Assembly (NCBI GenBank): GCA_963816145.1
Contig: CAWFJP010000001.1
Coordinates: 160,001 to 224,000, forward strand
DNA length: 64,000 nucleotides
Direction of reading: 5' to 3'
DNA from: an uncultured delta proteobacterium
GTDB lineage: Bacteria > Desulfobacterota > Binatia > UBA9968
This document shows positions 1 through 9,823 of this stretch, piece after piece; the first letter of the stretch is position 1; every line of letters begins with the position of its first letter. The notes beneath the pieces are model-generated. The model searched no databases and was not told the origin of the DNA. It saw only the letters and a list, made by a program, of their open reading frames with translations. Both the position numbers and the translations under genes were made by a program.

Positions 1-484
1 GAGCAACCTCACGGCATTGCAATCGGGCCAGATCGCGGCAACGACGGTGGCGGTCCCCCTCAATTACGCCGCCGAGGAAGTGGGCATGAATACGCTTGGC
101 CGGCTGCTCGACGCGGTGCCGAACTTTCAGGCCTCGACCATCGTCATCAAACGCTCCTGGGCGGCAAAAAACCGCGCCACCATGATCCGCTTCATGAAAG
201 CGATGGTGCAGTCGCACCGCTGGCTCCACGACAACCGCGACGCCGCCGTCGAATTGATCGCCAAGGAAATGCAGCTCAAACCCGCTCACGCGCTCAAGGG
301 TTGGGAATACTACACGCAGAATCGTCTTTGGCCGGTCGATGGCGGACCGAACATCGAGGGGATGAAACATAATCTGCGGGTCTACGCAGACCAATTGGGG
401 ACCAAGCGACCGGTGCCCGATGTAGACAAATCTTTGGAGCTGAGTTATCTGAGCGAAGCGCTGACGGAGTTGGCTAAGCGTTAG
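1..484 (+). CDS. ABC transporter substrate-binding protein (NitT/TauT/SsuA-like), 5'-truncated by window edge
   Basis: C-terminal part, with pattern typical of this family (RFMKAMVQSHRWLHDNRDAAVELIAK). Confidence 0.7.
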   Translation, partial: SNLTALQSGQIAATTVAVPLNYAAEEVGMNTLGRLLDAVPNFQASTIVIKRSWAAKNRATMIRFMKAMVQSHRWLHDNRDAAVELIAKEMQLKPAHALKGWEYYTQNRLWPVDGGPNIEGMKHNLRVYADQLGTKRPVPDVDKSLELSYLSEALTELAKR

Positions 485-565
485 CCGAGTAAAGAAAGAG
501 TTGCGCCGGTTGCGTCCGGACTGCTGTTTCCACAGAGACTTAAGCCTGAGGTTACGCCGGGCTAG

Positions 566-2147
566 GAGTTTGCGCTGCAGAAACGATCGTTTTTAGCAGG
601 CCGGATGTGATGGCAGCAACAGCAGAGCAAGATTTTACCTCTCGGTTAACCGCTTGGTGCAGCGCGAACCACAACCAACTCAAAAATGGCGTCGCGCATG
701 CCTATGACACCTCAGCAAGCCGTGGATATTTAGAATTGGAGCGCCCACATGCGGCGCAGGTTGAGCGCCAGACACACCAAGCCCCACTCGCCCGCGACTT
801 TGTCGATCCCTCGTAAACTGAATTGACGAAACCCCATCGCATGCTTGATCCAACCAAATACCGGCTCCACGATCGCTTTGCGCCGCCGATAGTGCGCTTG
901 ACCTTCTTTGCTGGCCAGCCGCTCGGCCATGCGCACCGTAGCGGGATACAGCTTGGGATCAATCGCCGCTTGATCTTTTCCCTCCCGCCCCAACGCCACC
1001 AACACTTCCATCCCCTCATAATTTTGCGTTGCCAGTTTCGCAAAGCCATCTTCGGAGCGAAAACCCGCATCGCCCAACACTCGTTTGGGCAGAAGGCCGA
1101 GATTCTCCTTAACCGCTTCCACCATCGGCACCAATTGCTCGTTGTCCGCCGCGTTGTTGCCCAGCCCAATCGCCACGATCAGCTGACTGTCACCATCGAC
1201 CACCACCTGCGCGTTGTAGCACTGTTCAAAACTCCCGCCCATCTTCATGATGCGCGACTGGGGATCGGTGAAGTTATCCTGCGCTTTGTCCTGGGGTACC
1301 CCGAAGGGCCGCTTGAACGGCCGCCCGGCTCCATCCCCTCGGCGCTGCTCATCATCGGGATGGCGCCCCCGCTCCCGATCGGCTTGAGCTTGGCGCTCTT
1401 CCAAGCGTTGCTTGGCCGCTTCAATCTTGGCCAAACGATCTTGCCGTCTTTTGAGCTCCTGGGGCAGCGGCTCTTCGCTCTGATCCGCTCCCCATTGTGC
1501 GTCCTCTTGAACGTCGGTCTGTTGCGCTCGCTCCAACAGCGCTTCGATCTCCGCTTTAAGCTTTTGTTCTTGTTCCTTCATCCGCCCGTAGCTCATCGCT
1601 TTGTGCTTGCTCGCCTGCGCTTTGACTTTGGTCCCATCCAACGCCACCGTCCCAAGCTTGACCAATCCCATCTCTTTGGCCAGCCGCGCCACCGCGACAA
1701 ACAACTCTTTAAGCTCTGGCAAATGCCTCATCCGAAATTCACAGATCGTTCGGTGCGATGGAAAATTGCCTGCTCCCAAGACCCGAAACCCTACGTCCTC
1801 GTAAAGCTTTCGCGCCAGCTGGCGCGAAGAGAAGACTCGGGTGGCATACCCGTACACCAACACCTTGACCAACAGCGCTGGATCGTACGGCTGGTTTCGC
1901 CGCCCGTCTCCTTCGTAGCGGGCATAAAACTTCCCCAACTCCAACCGATCGATGATCTCGCTGACGAAATACACCAGATGATCTTCGGCCAACCACTCCG
2001 ACGGCGAGGGCGGTAGCAAAAATGTCTGATTCGGCTCGTAGGGAAGAAAAGATGTCGACATCTCCACCTCACACTCAGCGCAACATTTCTTTTCCTTATA
2101 CGCCCTTGCGAATCAGAGACAAGAATATTTTTCTGCGGCGCAAACTC
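566..2147 (-). mobile_element. IS1182-family insertion sequence, copy 1 (1582 bp)
   Basis: Terminal IRs GAGTTTGCGCTGCAGAAA / GAGTTTGCGCCGCAGAAA (17/18); CTAG on both sides (562-565, 2148-2151); near-identical to 44681-46262. Confidence 0.93.
730..2067 (-). CDS. IS1182-family DDE transposase
   Basis: N-terminal DUF772-like region (PYDPALLVKVLVYGY, SSRQL), ALDGTK, DAGF, YRRRKAIVEPVFGWIK. Confidence 0.93.
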   Translation of the reverse strand: MEMSTSFLPYEPNQTFLLPPSPSEWLAEDHLVYFVSEIIDRLELGKFYARYEGDGRRNQPYDPALLVKVLVYGYATRVFSSRQLARKLYEDVGFRVLGAGNFPSHRTICEFRMRHLPELKELFVAVARLAKEMGLVKLGTVALDGTKVKAQASKHKAMSYGRMKEQEQKLKAEIEALLERAQQTDVQEDAQWGADQSEEPLPQELKRRQDRLAKIEAAKQRLEERQAQADRERGRHPDDEQRRGDGAGRPFKRPFGVPQDKAQDNFTDPQSRIMKMGGSFEQCYNAQVVVDGDSQLIVAIGLGNNAADNEQLVPMVEAVKENLGLLPKRVLGDAGFRSEDGFAKLATQNYEGMEVLVALGREGKDQAAIDPKLYPATVRMAERLASKEGQAHYRRRKAIVEPVFGWIKHAMGFRQFSLRGIDKVAGEWGLVCLALNLRRMWALQF

Positions 2148-2779
2148 CTAGACCGTTTTTGTCAAATCAAAATCGGCGAGCTTATAAATCCTCGGCTCGG
2201 CGCATTCTTGATTTACGCGATTTTCAAAAAAGGTAAGCAAAAGGTTGGCCACAAGGCGATTCTAATTGCCGTTAAAATGGGTAATTTAACCGCGGCTTAC
2301 TAAAATCTCCTCGGTAACCTCTTGCCGTCAAAGAAAGGCTTCTCAAATACAACCACTTAGCAGCTCCGGGATAAAGAGAAGAAACGAGTAATCGAGCCTT
2401 GCAAAAACTACCCAGGAGCGGCTGAGTTCGCCAAAACCGATGAGGTAGAGCAAGCGCCGGCAACCAATCGTAGGCAATTTATGTCACCTTTGTGACTGAA
2501 TTGTCCATGCGCTTGGCGGCCGCGCTTTTTGTCTGCCGATGCAGCGTAAATAGGAAATTAATCTGTGAGACCGTGCGGTTATTCCGGGTCGATGGAAACC
2601 TGATCGGCCTCGCCCGTCATCTTAATCGGGGCTCGCGTCGGCACCGGAACCTAGCTGCGTTTGGCTCGAACGGCGCGCCGAAGCCAACTGCTTTGCCTTA
2701 AATCGATTGCTGCAACGAGAAGCAATTCACTGGAAAGATGAAACTCGCTAAGCTGTCCGGCTCGACGGTGGTCGACGGA

Positions 2780-3307
2780 TTACGCAGTAAGGGATAAATC
2801 GCTTTCAGACGCTGGAGAATTTTTTTGTTGCAACGACAAATCAGCGATGAAATTGTGCAAGCGATCATTTTGCGACTTGGTCAAATGGAGAAATTCCAGT
2901 CGCAGATAATTCTGACTCACGTCGCGGGCCACGGCCGCTTCCACCACAATGGTAGGCATATCCTTAGAAGTCTGGAGTGATATGCGAAAAATCGTCCCCG
3001 GTGCAAATTTTGCCGCAGCTCGGATGGCGCAGCCAGCGATCGACAAGTCGGCCATCGTTCCCCTAATCTGAACCGCACCGCTCGTAAAGGTTACCGGGAA
3101 ATTCGACGCCAATCGCTCATAGTTGCGCCGATCGTCCTCGACGCTTAAATATTTCACTCCCCATTGAAGTGACTTGAAACGATGTCCGCAGAGCTGACAG
3201 CGGAATGGATAGAAATAGAGTGAATTAAGTAAACGATCTTGGAGCGACTCCCCAGCAACTCGCTTGACATATTCGCTAGAACATTCTGGGCATCTAAGCT
3301 GCGACAT
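2780..3307 (-). CDS. Zn-ribbon + PilZ domain protein (c-di-GMP effector)
   Basis: CPEC...CQLC pair, then PilZ motifs RRNYER and DLSIAG. Confidence 0.8.
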   Translation of the reverse strand: MSQLRCPECSSEYVKRVAGESLQDRLLNSLYFYPFRCQLCGHRFKSLQWGVKYLSVEDDRRNYERLASNFPVTFTSGAVQIRGTMADLSIAGCAIRAAAKFAPGTIFRISLQTSKDMPTIVVEAAVARDVSQNYLRLEFLHLTKSQNDRLHNFIADLSLQQKNSPASESDLSLTA

Positions 3308-3424
3308 GGACTTTGATATTCTAATATCTGGTTACTTTTCGGCTCATTTTCCCGTCGAGTTCTATCGATTCATCAGCAATAATTGAGCCAACTGAACGAC
3401 CGTCGGCTTCATGCCGAGGCGTTC

Positions 3425-3720
3425 TGCATGGCGTCCATGCTCCAACCCAACTCGCAACGGCTCGAAGACCGCAAGAAATATTCGCAGATTATTGCCGGCT
3501 ACAACCGCAGCGAGGAGCGCGTCACCATCGAGAAAACCGTCGCAAGCCTGGTGAATATAGCCAAAAGCCTTGACGGGGAATAACGTCGTGCAGGCGAAAA
3601 AGGTTTGCGCGAGGAGGATTTCGCGTGCTTCGATATAGTGAAAAACTCAGTAAAGCCGAATGGGTAAGGCTGAAGCAAGCGAGCCGGAGCCTGATCGATT
3701 CGCGACGTAAATTAACTGCC
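3425..3720 (+). pseudogene. Relic of type I restriction enzyme HsdR C-terminus (DUF3387-like)
   Basis: KKYSQIIAGYNRSEERVTIEKTVASLVNIAKSLDGE*RRAGEKGLREE...EKLSKAEWVRLKQASRSL; in-frame stop and frameshift. Confidence 0.6.
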
Positions 3721-4058
3721 TGCCTAAATAATCCGCTCACGCCTGCATCATCTTGCGCCGTTCCGACAGATGGGCGGCGAAGTTGTCAGCCGCGCGCAGG
3801 GCGTGGCGATCCGCGTATGCGAGCTGGCGCTCGATCGCTTGATGATTCCCGCCTTGTTCGTGCGCCAACATCGACGCCATGCTAAAAAAACCATCGCCGG
3901 TTATCTCGTCCTACCCGTGCGCATCAAATGAATCCTGCATATATGTATGGAGGAATATCCGGCCTGACCAGAAGCCGCTCGTCCGTATGGATAGGATGAT
4001 GACTATCAAACATGATAATTCCTAAGCGCCATGAAATTGACCGTCCGAGAGTGCCTAG

Positions 4059-4235
4059 TGTCCCGGCGCAGAAGTTGGTTGAACAAAAGCCGTATCGGTT
4101 CGGACGATCCCCCCTTTAGAAAAGGGGGAAAGGGGGGATTTTCTTGCGCGCACACACGTCAAATCCCCCTCGGTCCCCCTTTTTCAAAGGGGGAGGCTCT
4201 GAGCCTTTTAGTAAACGAACCTCTGGACCATGACA
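4059..4235. mobile_element. MITE-like element 1 carrying an inverted CCCCCTTT-N-AAAGGGGG REP doublet
   Basis: Imperfect ~33-bp terminal IRs (TGTCCCGGCGCAGAAGTTGGTT / TGTCATGGTCCAGAGGTTCGTT); flanks CTAG and CTCG; REP halves at 4109-4141 and 4161-4193. Confidence 0.7.
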
Positions 4236-4239
4236 CTCG

Positions 4240-4406
4240 TGTGACGACGCAAAAGTTCGCTACAAAATTCATCCGTCATTCCGGGCAAGCTGGCGATAGC
4301 TAGCGCGACCCGGAATCCAGGAAAATCGCCAACCTGGATGCCGGCTTTCTCCGGCATGACGATATCAGGCCGTCCGACTTGTTTTGCGAACTTCTGGGCC
4401 ATGACA
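4240..4406. mobile_element. MITE-like element 2 carrying an inverted GTCAT(T/G)CCGG...CCGG(A/C)ATCCAG REP doublet
   Basis: Terminal IRs TGTGACGACGCAAAAGTTCGC / TGTCATGGCCCAGAAGTTCGC; flanks CTCG and CTAG; REP halves at 4274-4321 and 4333-4361. Confidence 0.7.
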
Positions 4407-4756
4407 CTAGCGCCGCCGGGCAAAAGTCCGTTTCGGACTTGGTCGAAGAATCGCGACGTTGGCGTGCAAGCCCGCATACAAGCGACAGTGCTGCGATGTG
4501 ACAACGACAATCTTGGCGATCACCAAGCTGGCTGGCAGCGTCCGGGAAGCACGCTTGGATTTCGCGCTCGGCTCCGGTTTAGATTTTGCGCAAGAAAAAA
4601 GCGATAATCGCGCAATCGAGTGGGTCAAAATCAACGATTATTACGGTCGTATACCCGGATGCAAAACGAGAAACACTTGCAAACTACATCCACCCGCGCA
4701 TCGTTTGGGGAGACCCCGCAACTCGTTTCCCTGCGGCCCGTTTCCGATCGATCCTT

Positions 4757-5325
4757 CCTCCCTTTTTTAAAGGGAGGTTAGGAGGGATTTTCCACAAATT
4801 GAAAGATCGCCTCCAGCACGGACTCTGTCTCTAGCAACACTTGTCGGTCGTCAAAGCGAATGACTTTCAATCCTCGCTCCTCGAGATCCTTGGTCCGTTG
4901 AGCGTCGTAGTTTGCTTGTCCGCGTTCCAAATGCTGAGCGCCGTCCAGTTCGATGACTAGTTTTGCTGCCGGTGCATAAAAGTCAGCGATGTAGTTACCG
5001 ATGGGCTTTTGCCTGTAGAATTGCCCGCCGCGAATTTGTTTTCGCCGCAGGCGATGCCATAAATAAAGTTCGGCATCGGTTGGATGGGCACGCAAGCAGC
5101 GAGCTTTGGCCTTGAGCCTTCGATTGTAGGTGAACACCTGACAAATCCCCCCGGCCCCCCTTTTTCAGGGTCATCGCGTAATCGAGTGGGCGATGACTTA
5201 ATGGCAAATTACTCTCCCATGGCCGGTTCCTCCCTTTCGCAAAGGGAGGTTAGGAGGGATTTTTCATGGTTTGAAAGATCGTCTTCTGCACAAAATCCCC
5301 CCAACCCCCCTTTTCTAAAGGGGGG
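4757..5325. repeat. REP-like palindromic repeats around DUF559 (4757-4790, 5143-5170, 5229-5262, 5293-5325)
   Basis: Consensus AAATCCC(C/T)CC-N-CC(C/T)CCCTTT-N3-AAAGGG(G/A)G, arranged as two inverted pairs. Confidence 0.85.
4778..5137 (-). CDS. DUF559 / Vsr-like endonuclease domain protein
   Basis: TDAELYLWHRLR, FYRQKPIGNYIADF, LVIELDGAQH, GLKVIRF. Confidence 0.88.
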   Translation of the reverse strand: MFTYNRRLKAKARCLRAHPTDAELYLWHRLRRKQIRGGQFYRQKPIGNYIADFYAPAAKLVIELDGAQHLERGQANYDAQRTKDLEERGLKVIRFDDRQVLLETESVLEAIFQFVENPS

Positions 5326-5398
5326 TGAAACCTACAAGAACAGCATTTCTCAACAAATTTCACCCATTCGATTACGCGAAGAACCTTTCTTTATGACG

Positions 5399-7006
5399 TT
5401 ACTGCTCCAGCCAGGTGCGCCAGAGGCCGCCTTTGGCGTGAGTGTATTCCTGTCCCGGACCGCGGTCCCAGTTCTTCACTTTGTCGCGCCAGACGAAGTT
5501 TCGGTCGTTGGCCCAGCCGATTACGTAGTAGGCGACGTCATCGACAAAATACTTTTGCGCCAGCTTGTTCCAGATCGCCAGCCGTTTGGCGCGGTTCGGC
5601 TCTTCCATGTACTGAGTAATCAAATTTCCCAACTCAGCCGTGCAGATTTTGGCAACGTTGCCGACACCGGCTTTACCGCCGGTGCAGGAAATGTACTGCT
5701 CGTTGGCGACCAGCGGTTCGCCATTGCCGCCAGCTCCATACACCGAGACGTTCAACTCGCCGGCGACGGTTTTTTGAATCAGCTCAGCGCCGGCGAGGTT
5801 CTGAATCGAAAATTTGATGCCCGCCTCGGCCGCTTGACGCGTCACCGCCTCGGCCCAGGGGTCGTCCTGGCCCTGAGTCGATCCCAAAGTGATCGGTTTG
5901 CCGGCGTAACCGGCTTCCTTCAGCAAACGCTTGGCTTCTTCGAGGTTGCGTTTCCATTTAAACTTTACCGAAGTCTCCCAGTCGGTTTCAGCCGCCGCCC
6001 AGGTCAGTACCGGAACACCGAAGCCAAAGGTCGCTTCTTTCATGATCGCGTCTTTGTCCAAGGCTAAGGCGATGGCTTTACGCACCCGAGGATCCGACGT
6101 CGGCGCTAACTGGGTGTTCAACACCAACTGTTTGATGCCGGCCATGCCGATGGATTTGAATTGCATTCCCTTCAGCGCGCCGCTTTTGATGCGCTGCACG
6201 AAGGTTGGACCCAAGCGCTCCGTCAAATCGATGTCCCCTGCCTGGATGGCTGAGGCGCGCGATGTCGCTTCGATGATGACGCGGAACCGAACACCGTCCA
6301 AGTATGGCGCGCCGCCCCAGTAGTCGTCATTGCGCACGACCTCGTACTCCTGGCCCGGGATCCACGCCTTGAATTTGAAGGGACCGGTGCCGGGCGGCGG
6401 ATTGCTGCCGATCATCTTTTGCTGGCCCGGCGCCAGCGACTCCTTGGGTGCAATGTGCAAAGTCTGGCTGTCGGCAAAAATCTCCGGCAGCAAACCGCGC
6501 GGACCGGGACAAGTGAATTTCACCGTATAGTTGTCCAAGGCAACGGCGTCACGAACGTTGCTCGATAACTGCCCCTGGCCTGCGGCGCCGTTGGCGGGGT
6601 TCATGATGTGCTTTACCGACCAGACCACGTCATTGGCCGTCATCTCCTTGCCATCGTGGAACTTCACGCCGCGGCGAATCTTGAACGTCCACTCGCTCGA
6701 ACTGGCGTTGGTCGTCCAGCTTTCCGCGAGCCAGGGATGAATCTCGCCCTTCTGGTCGAACATGACCAGCGGTTCGTAGACGTTATCTTTCACGTATTGG
6801 CTTATGGAAGTGTAGGCAACGAAAGGAATCGGCGTGCCAATGTCCTTGACGATGCCAAACTTGAGCGTGCCACCGATGCGCGGTTTCCCGGCTGCCGGAG
6901 CCTGAATCGCCGGGGCGGCGGCCGGTTCGGCTTTGGCAACTACCAACAACAACGCGGCGGCCACCATCAGCCCGCGCGCGACGCCTTTCCTGGTCTGCTG
7001 TTTCAT
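5399..7006 (-). CDS. ABC transporter substrate-binding protein, family 5 (DppA/OppA-like)
   Basis: Signal peptide after MKQQTRK; LAESW, RRGVKFHDG, GTGPFK, RNDDYWG motifs. Confidence 0.9.
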   Translation of the reverse strand: MKQQTRKGVARGLMVAAALLLVVAKAEPAAAPAIQAPAAGKPRIGGTLKFGIVKDIGTPIPFVAYTSISQYVKDNVYEPLVMFDQKGEIHPWLAESWTTNASSSEWTFKIRRGVKFHDGKEMTANDVVWSVKHIMNPANGAAGQGQLSSNVRDAVALDNYTVKFTCPGPRGLLPEIFADSQTLHIAPKESLAPGQQKMIGSNPPPGTGPFKFKAWIPGQEYEVVRNDDYWGGAPYLDGVRFRVIIEATSRASAIQAGDIDLTERLGPTFVQRIKSGALKGMQFKSIGMAGIKQLVLNTQLAPTSDPRVRKAIALALDKDAIMKEATFGFGVPVLTWAAAETDWETSVKFKWKRNLEEAKRLLKEAGYAGKPITLGSTQGQDDPWAEAVTRQAAEAGIKFSIQNLAGAELIQKTVAGELNVSVYGAGGNGEPLVANEQYISCTGGKAGVGNVAKICTAELGNLITQYMEEPNRAKRLAIWNKLAQKYFVDDVAYYVIGWANDRNFVWRDKVKNWDRGPGQEYTHAKGGLWRTWLEQ

Positions 7007-7262
7007 TGTCACCCTTTCCTTTTTGTCGCTGCCAGCGCCGCGCGCTTGGCGATCGAACGGCGCCGATGACAGCTTAGATGGCACTCTCGCCAAGCAGCGG
7101 AACGCTAGCACCGGGTCGCGACGAGTGTCAAGGATTTCTCAGCGTTTACGCGTCGTGCGCTTGTCATACTTCGGATCTTTGTTGTACGATCCGGCGGCTT
7201 TCCGCTGATGACAGCAATTGTTTTCTGTCGCCGCACAGGGATTTTATCAGGAGGATTTGGCG

Positions 7263-8222
7263 ATGCGCCTGCGCTACATCGCGATGCGTTTGTTGCAATT
7301 GATTCCGCTGGCCCTGGTGGTCACCATGGTGGTGTTTTTTGTCATGATGATCGTGCCCGGAGACCCGGTCATGGTGATGCTCGGCGCGGTGGACGGCGCG
7401 CAAGTTTCCCGCGAGGTCTATGAAGCCATGCGCGTGCGCTTGGGATTGGACCAGCCGCTCATCGTCCAATATCTCCACTGGCTGACGAATCTGCTTCAGG
7501 GCGATCTCGGCATGTCCATCACGCACCGGACCGCAGCCCTGGAAGTCATTCTGCAGCGCCTGGTGCCAACCCTGTATTTGATGGTTGGCGGCCTGATCAT
7601 GGCGGTCATCATCGCCGTGCCCGCGGGCGTGTTGGCAGCGATTCACAACAACACTAAATGGGACCACCTCGCCACGGCTTTCGTTGTCGCCGGTATTTCG
7701 GTGCCGACCTTTTGGCTGGCTCTGGTCGCCGTGTTGATCTTCGCCGTCTACCTCGGCTGGCTGCCGGCGATCGGCTATACCCGCCCGCAAGATGACTTTG
7801 TCGATTTCTTAAAGCATATCGCCTTACCGATGAGTGTCGTGGCCTTGAATATTGCCGCCACGGTCCTACGCTTTCAGCGTCAGGACTTCCTTGAGCAAAT
7901 GGACCAGGATTATGTTCGCACCGCGCGCGCCAAGGGGTTGAGCGAGCGACTGGTGCAGTGGAAGCATGTGCTGCGCAACTCGCTGATCACGACATTCACC
8001 GTGGTCGGCTTGCAGATGGCCTACTTGAGCGGGCTGATCACCATCGTCGAGTCGGTTTTCAATTATCCCGGCATCGGCTATCTGCTGCTCAACTCGATCC
8101 GCACGCGGGATTTCATAGTCGTCCAGGGTGTCGTCCTGTTCATGGTTTTTCTCGTCATCGTCGTCAACCTGATCGTCGATCTACTCTACACGGTGCTCGA
8201 CCCACGGATCCGCTACAGTTAG
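7263..8222 (+). CDS. ABC transporter permease, DppB/OppB-like
   Basis: PGDP, LGLDQPL, DYVRTARAKGL, ESVFNYPGIG, LDPRI. Confidence 0.92.
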   Translation: MRLRYIAMRLLQLIPLALVVTMVVFFVMMIVPGDPVMVMLGAVDGAQVSREVYEAMRVRLGLDQPLIVQYLHWLTNLLQGDLGMSITHRTAALEVILQRLVPTLYLMVGGLIMAVIIAVPAGVLAAIHNNTKWDHLATAFVVAGISVPTFWLALVAVLIFAVYLGWLPAIGYTRPQDDFVDFLKHIALPMSVVALNIAATVLRFQRQDFLEQMDQDYVRTARAKGLSERLVQWKHVLRNSLITTFTVVGLQMAYLSGLITIVESVFNYPGIGYLLLNSIRTRDFIVVQGVVLFMVFLVIVVNLIVDLLYTVLDPRIRYS

Positions 8223-8239
8223 CCGTGGAAAAATTCGTC

Positions 8240-9169
8240 ATGAAAGCTCAAACCGTCGACCAATCTGCAAGCTTGGGAATTCCGGCTGCGCGGTCTTCAA
8301 CAGCGCTGCGCAGCGTCCTTGCGTTGGTCGGCAGCGACCGGCGTTTCATGGTCGGCGGCCTGCTGCTGATCTTCTACATTCTCATCGCCCTGATTGGACC
8401 CGGTATCTCGCCCCATGATTTGGATGCCCCCAACCTAGACGTGCGCCTGGGGGCGCCGACGGCAACCCATTGGCTCGGCACCGACCGCATCGGCAGGGAC
8501 GTCTTGACCCGCATCATCGCCGGCTCTCGGGTCAGCCTGGAAGTGGCGGCGGGGGCGGTGCTGATGGCGTTGATGATTGGCGCGCCGCTCGGCGCTGTGG
8601 GCAGCTACGTTGGCGGAAAAATCGATGCGCTGGTGCAGCGAGTGATGGAGGGGATCATGGCTTTTCCGTCGCTCGTGCTTGCGCTGGCACTGGTAGCGCT
8701 GGCCGGACCGAGCGTCTTTATGCTCTGGTTCGCCATCGCCTTCAGCTCGGTTCCGCGCTACGCGCGCCTGATCAGAAGCGGCGTGCTGACACAGAAAGAG
8801 CGCGAGTATGTGCTCGCAGCGCAGGCCATGGGACAAAGCCCGCTGCGGATCTTGATCAAACAAATTCTGCCGAACATCATGGCGCCCATCGCGGTGCAAG
8901 TAACACTCGACTTTGCTCGAGCCATCAGTGTAGAAGCGTCGCTCAGCTACCTTGGTCTTGGCTTGTCAGTTCCCTACATCAGTTGGGGCACGATGATCCG
9001 GGACGCCCAAGACTTTTTAGAAGTAGCGCCGTGGTTGGCGATTTTTCCCGGACTCGCCTTGGCGGGAGTCATCGTCGCCTTTACCTTGGTAGGTGACGCT
9101 CTGCGCGACCGCATGGACCCGCGCTTGCGCAGAAGCTTGAGTAGGCAACTTAGAGGTCGACATGAATGA
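8240..9169 (+). CDS. ABC transporter permease, DppC/OppC-like
   Basis: HWLGTDRIGRD, EYVLAAQAMG, ILPN, EASLSYLGLG, GDALRD. Confidence 0.92.
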   Translation: MKAQTVDQSASLGIPAARSSTALRSVLALVGSDRRFMVGGLLLIFYILIALIGPGISPHDLDAPNLDVRLGAPTATHWLGTDRIGRDVLTRIIAGSRVSLEVAAGAVLMALMIGAPLGAVGSYVGGKIDALVQRVMEGIMAFPSLVLALALVALAGPSVFMLWFAIAFSSVPRYARLIRSGVLTQKEREYVLAAQAMGQSPLRILIKQILPNIMAPIAVQVTLDFARAISVEASLSYLGLGLSVPYISWGTMIRDAQDFLEVAPWLAIFPGLALAGVIVAFTLVGDALRDRMDPRLRRSLSRQLRGRHE

Positions 9170-9240
9170 TCGATTCGCCCCAGAGTGCTCACAAACCGAC
9201 GTAAAGAGGTCTACTTCGTTCGTATGCTAAAATTCCGCCT

Positions 9241-9385
9241 TCAGGTTAACTAATCAACCGGGCATTTCGCGATCGGGGTATGAACCCCGCTCGCGACCAA
9301 AGGGGATGTTCAACCCCCTTTGGAAACCCCAACAATTTTGTGCCCGCAGCAAGCTGCGGGGAATATTAGATTCAATTAATCCCGA
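9241..9385. repeat. Short palindrome-rich, MITE-like intergenic element
   Basis: Consecutive hairpins TCGCGATCGGGG..CCCCGCTCGCGA, CCAAAGGGG..CCCCTTTGG and CCCGCAGCAAGCTGCGGG, with weak terminal IRs. Confidence 0.4.
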
Positions 9386-9394
9386 GGAGGTACC

Positions 9395-9820
9395 ATGAGC
9401 ATCGCGGCAATTGATCACTGGGTATTAGTAGTCAAGGACTTGGAAGCAACCTTCGCTTTCTACCGCAAGCTCGGCCTTGAGGCGGGTTGGCAAGAACGAC
9501 CCGGTGGGCGGGGCAAACGTCCGATCATCCGCATCAGCGAGACCCAGAAGCTAAACCTTTACGTCGTCGATCGCTATGAAATCGAGAGCCCGACCCACGC
9601 GCCGGGGTACGCATTGGGATCGGCGGACTTCTGCCTGCGCTGGGAAGGAACCGTGCAAGAGGCGCAGGACTTTCTCAAGCAGGCCCGAGTTGCGGTGCTC
9701 CAAGAGCCGGCCGCCCGCTCAGGCGCTCTGGGTCCGGGGACCAGTCTGTACGTGCGCGACCCCGATGACAACCTGATCGAGCTGATCACCTACGGCGACC
9801 CCAAGTATAAGCAGGGTTGA
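9395..9820 (+). CDS. VOC/glyoxalase family protein
   Basis: IDHWVLVVKD, GSADFC, SLYVRDPDDNLIEL; GAGGAGG RBS. Confidence 0.9.
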   Translation: MSIAAIDHWVLVVKDLEATFAFYRKLGLEAGWQERPGGRGKRPIIRISETQKLNLYVVDRYEIESPTHAPGYALGSADFCLRWEGTVQEAQDFLKQARVAVLQEPAARSGALGPGTSLYVRDPDDNLIELITYGDPKYKQG

Positions 9821-9823
9821 TCT

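Larger units (their letters stand above)
4031..4640 (+). pseudogene. RelE/HigB-like addiction-module toxin, interrupted by insertion 4059-4410
   Basis: Removing the insert restores MKLTVRECLAPPGKSPFRTW...QARIQATVLRCDNDNLGDH; after a frameshift it continues ...VREARLDF. Confidence 0.7.

Noticed and set aside
823-2016. 397-aa ORF antisense to the transposase (also 44812-46005)
   Set aside because: Shadow ORF with no recognisable motifs
4055-5325. Repeat cluster as a CRISPR array
   Set aside because: Repeats are inverted, irregularly spaced and variable; no cas genes in the window
5084-6067. 327-aa ORF and other long antisense ORFs (e.g. 16974-17891, 40801-41769, 48251-49138, 62394-63302)
   Set aside because: They overlap well-supported genes on the other strand; typical high-GC shadows
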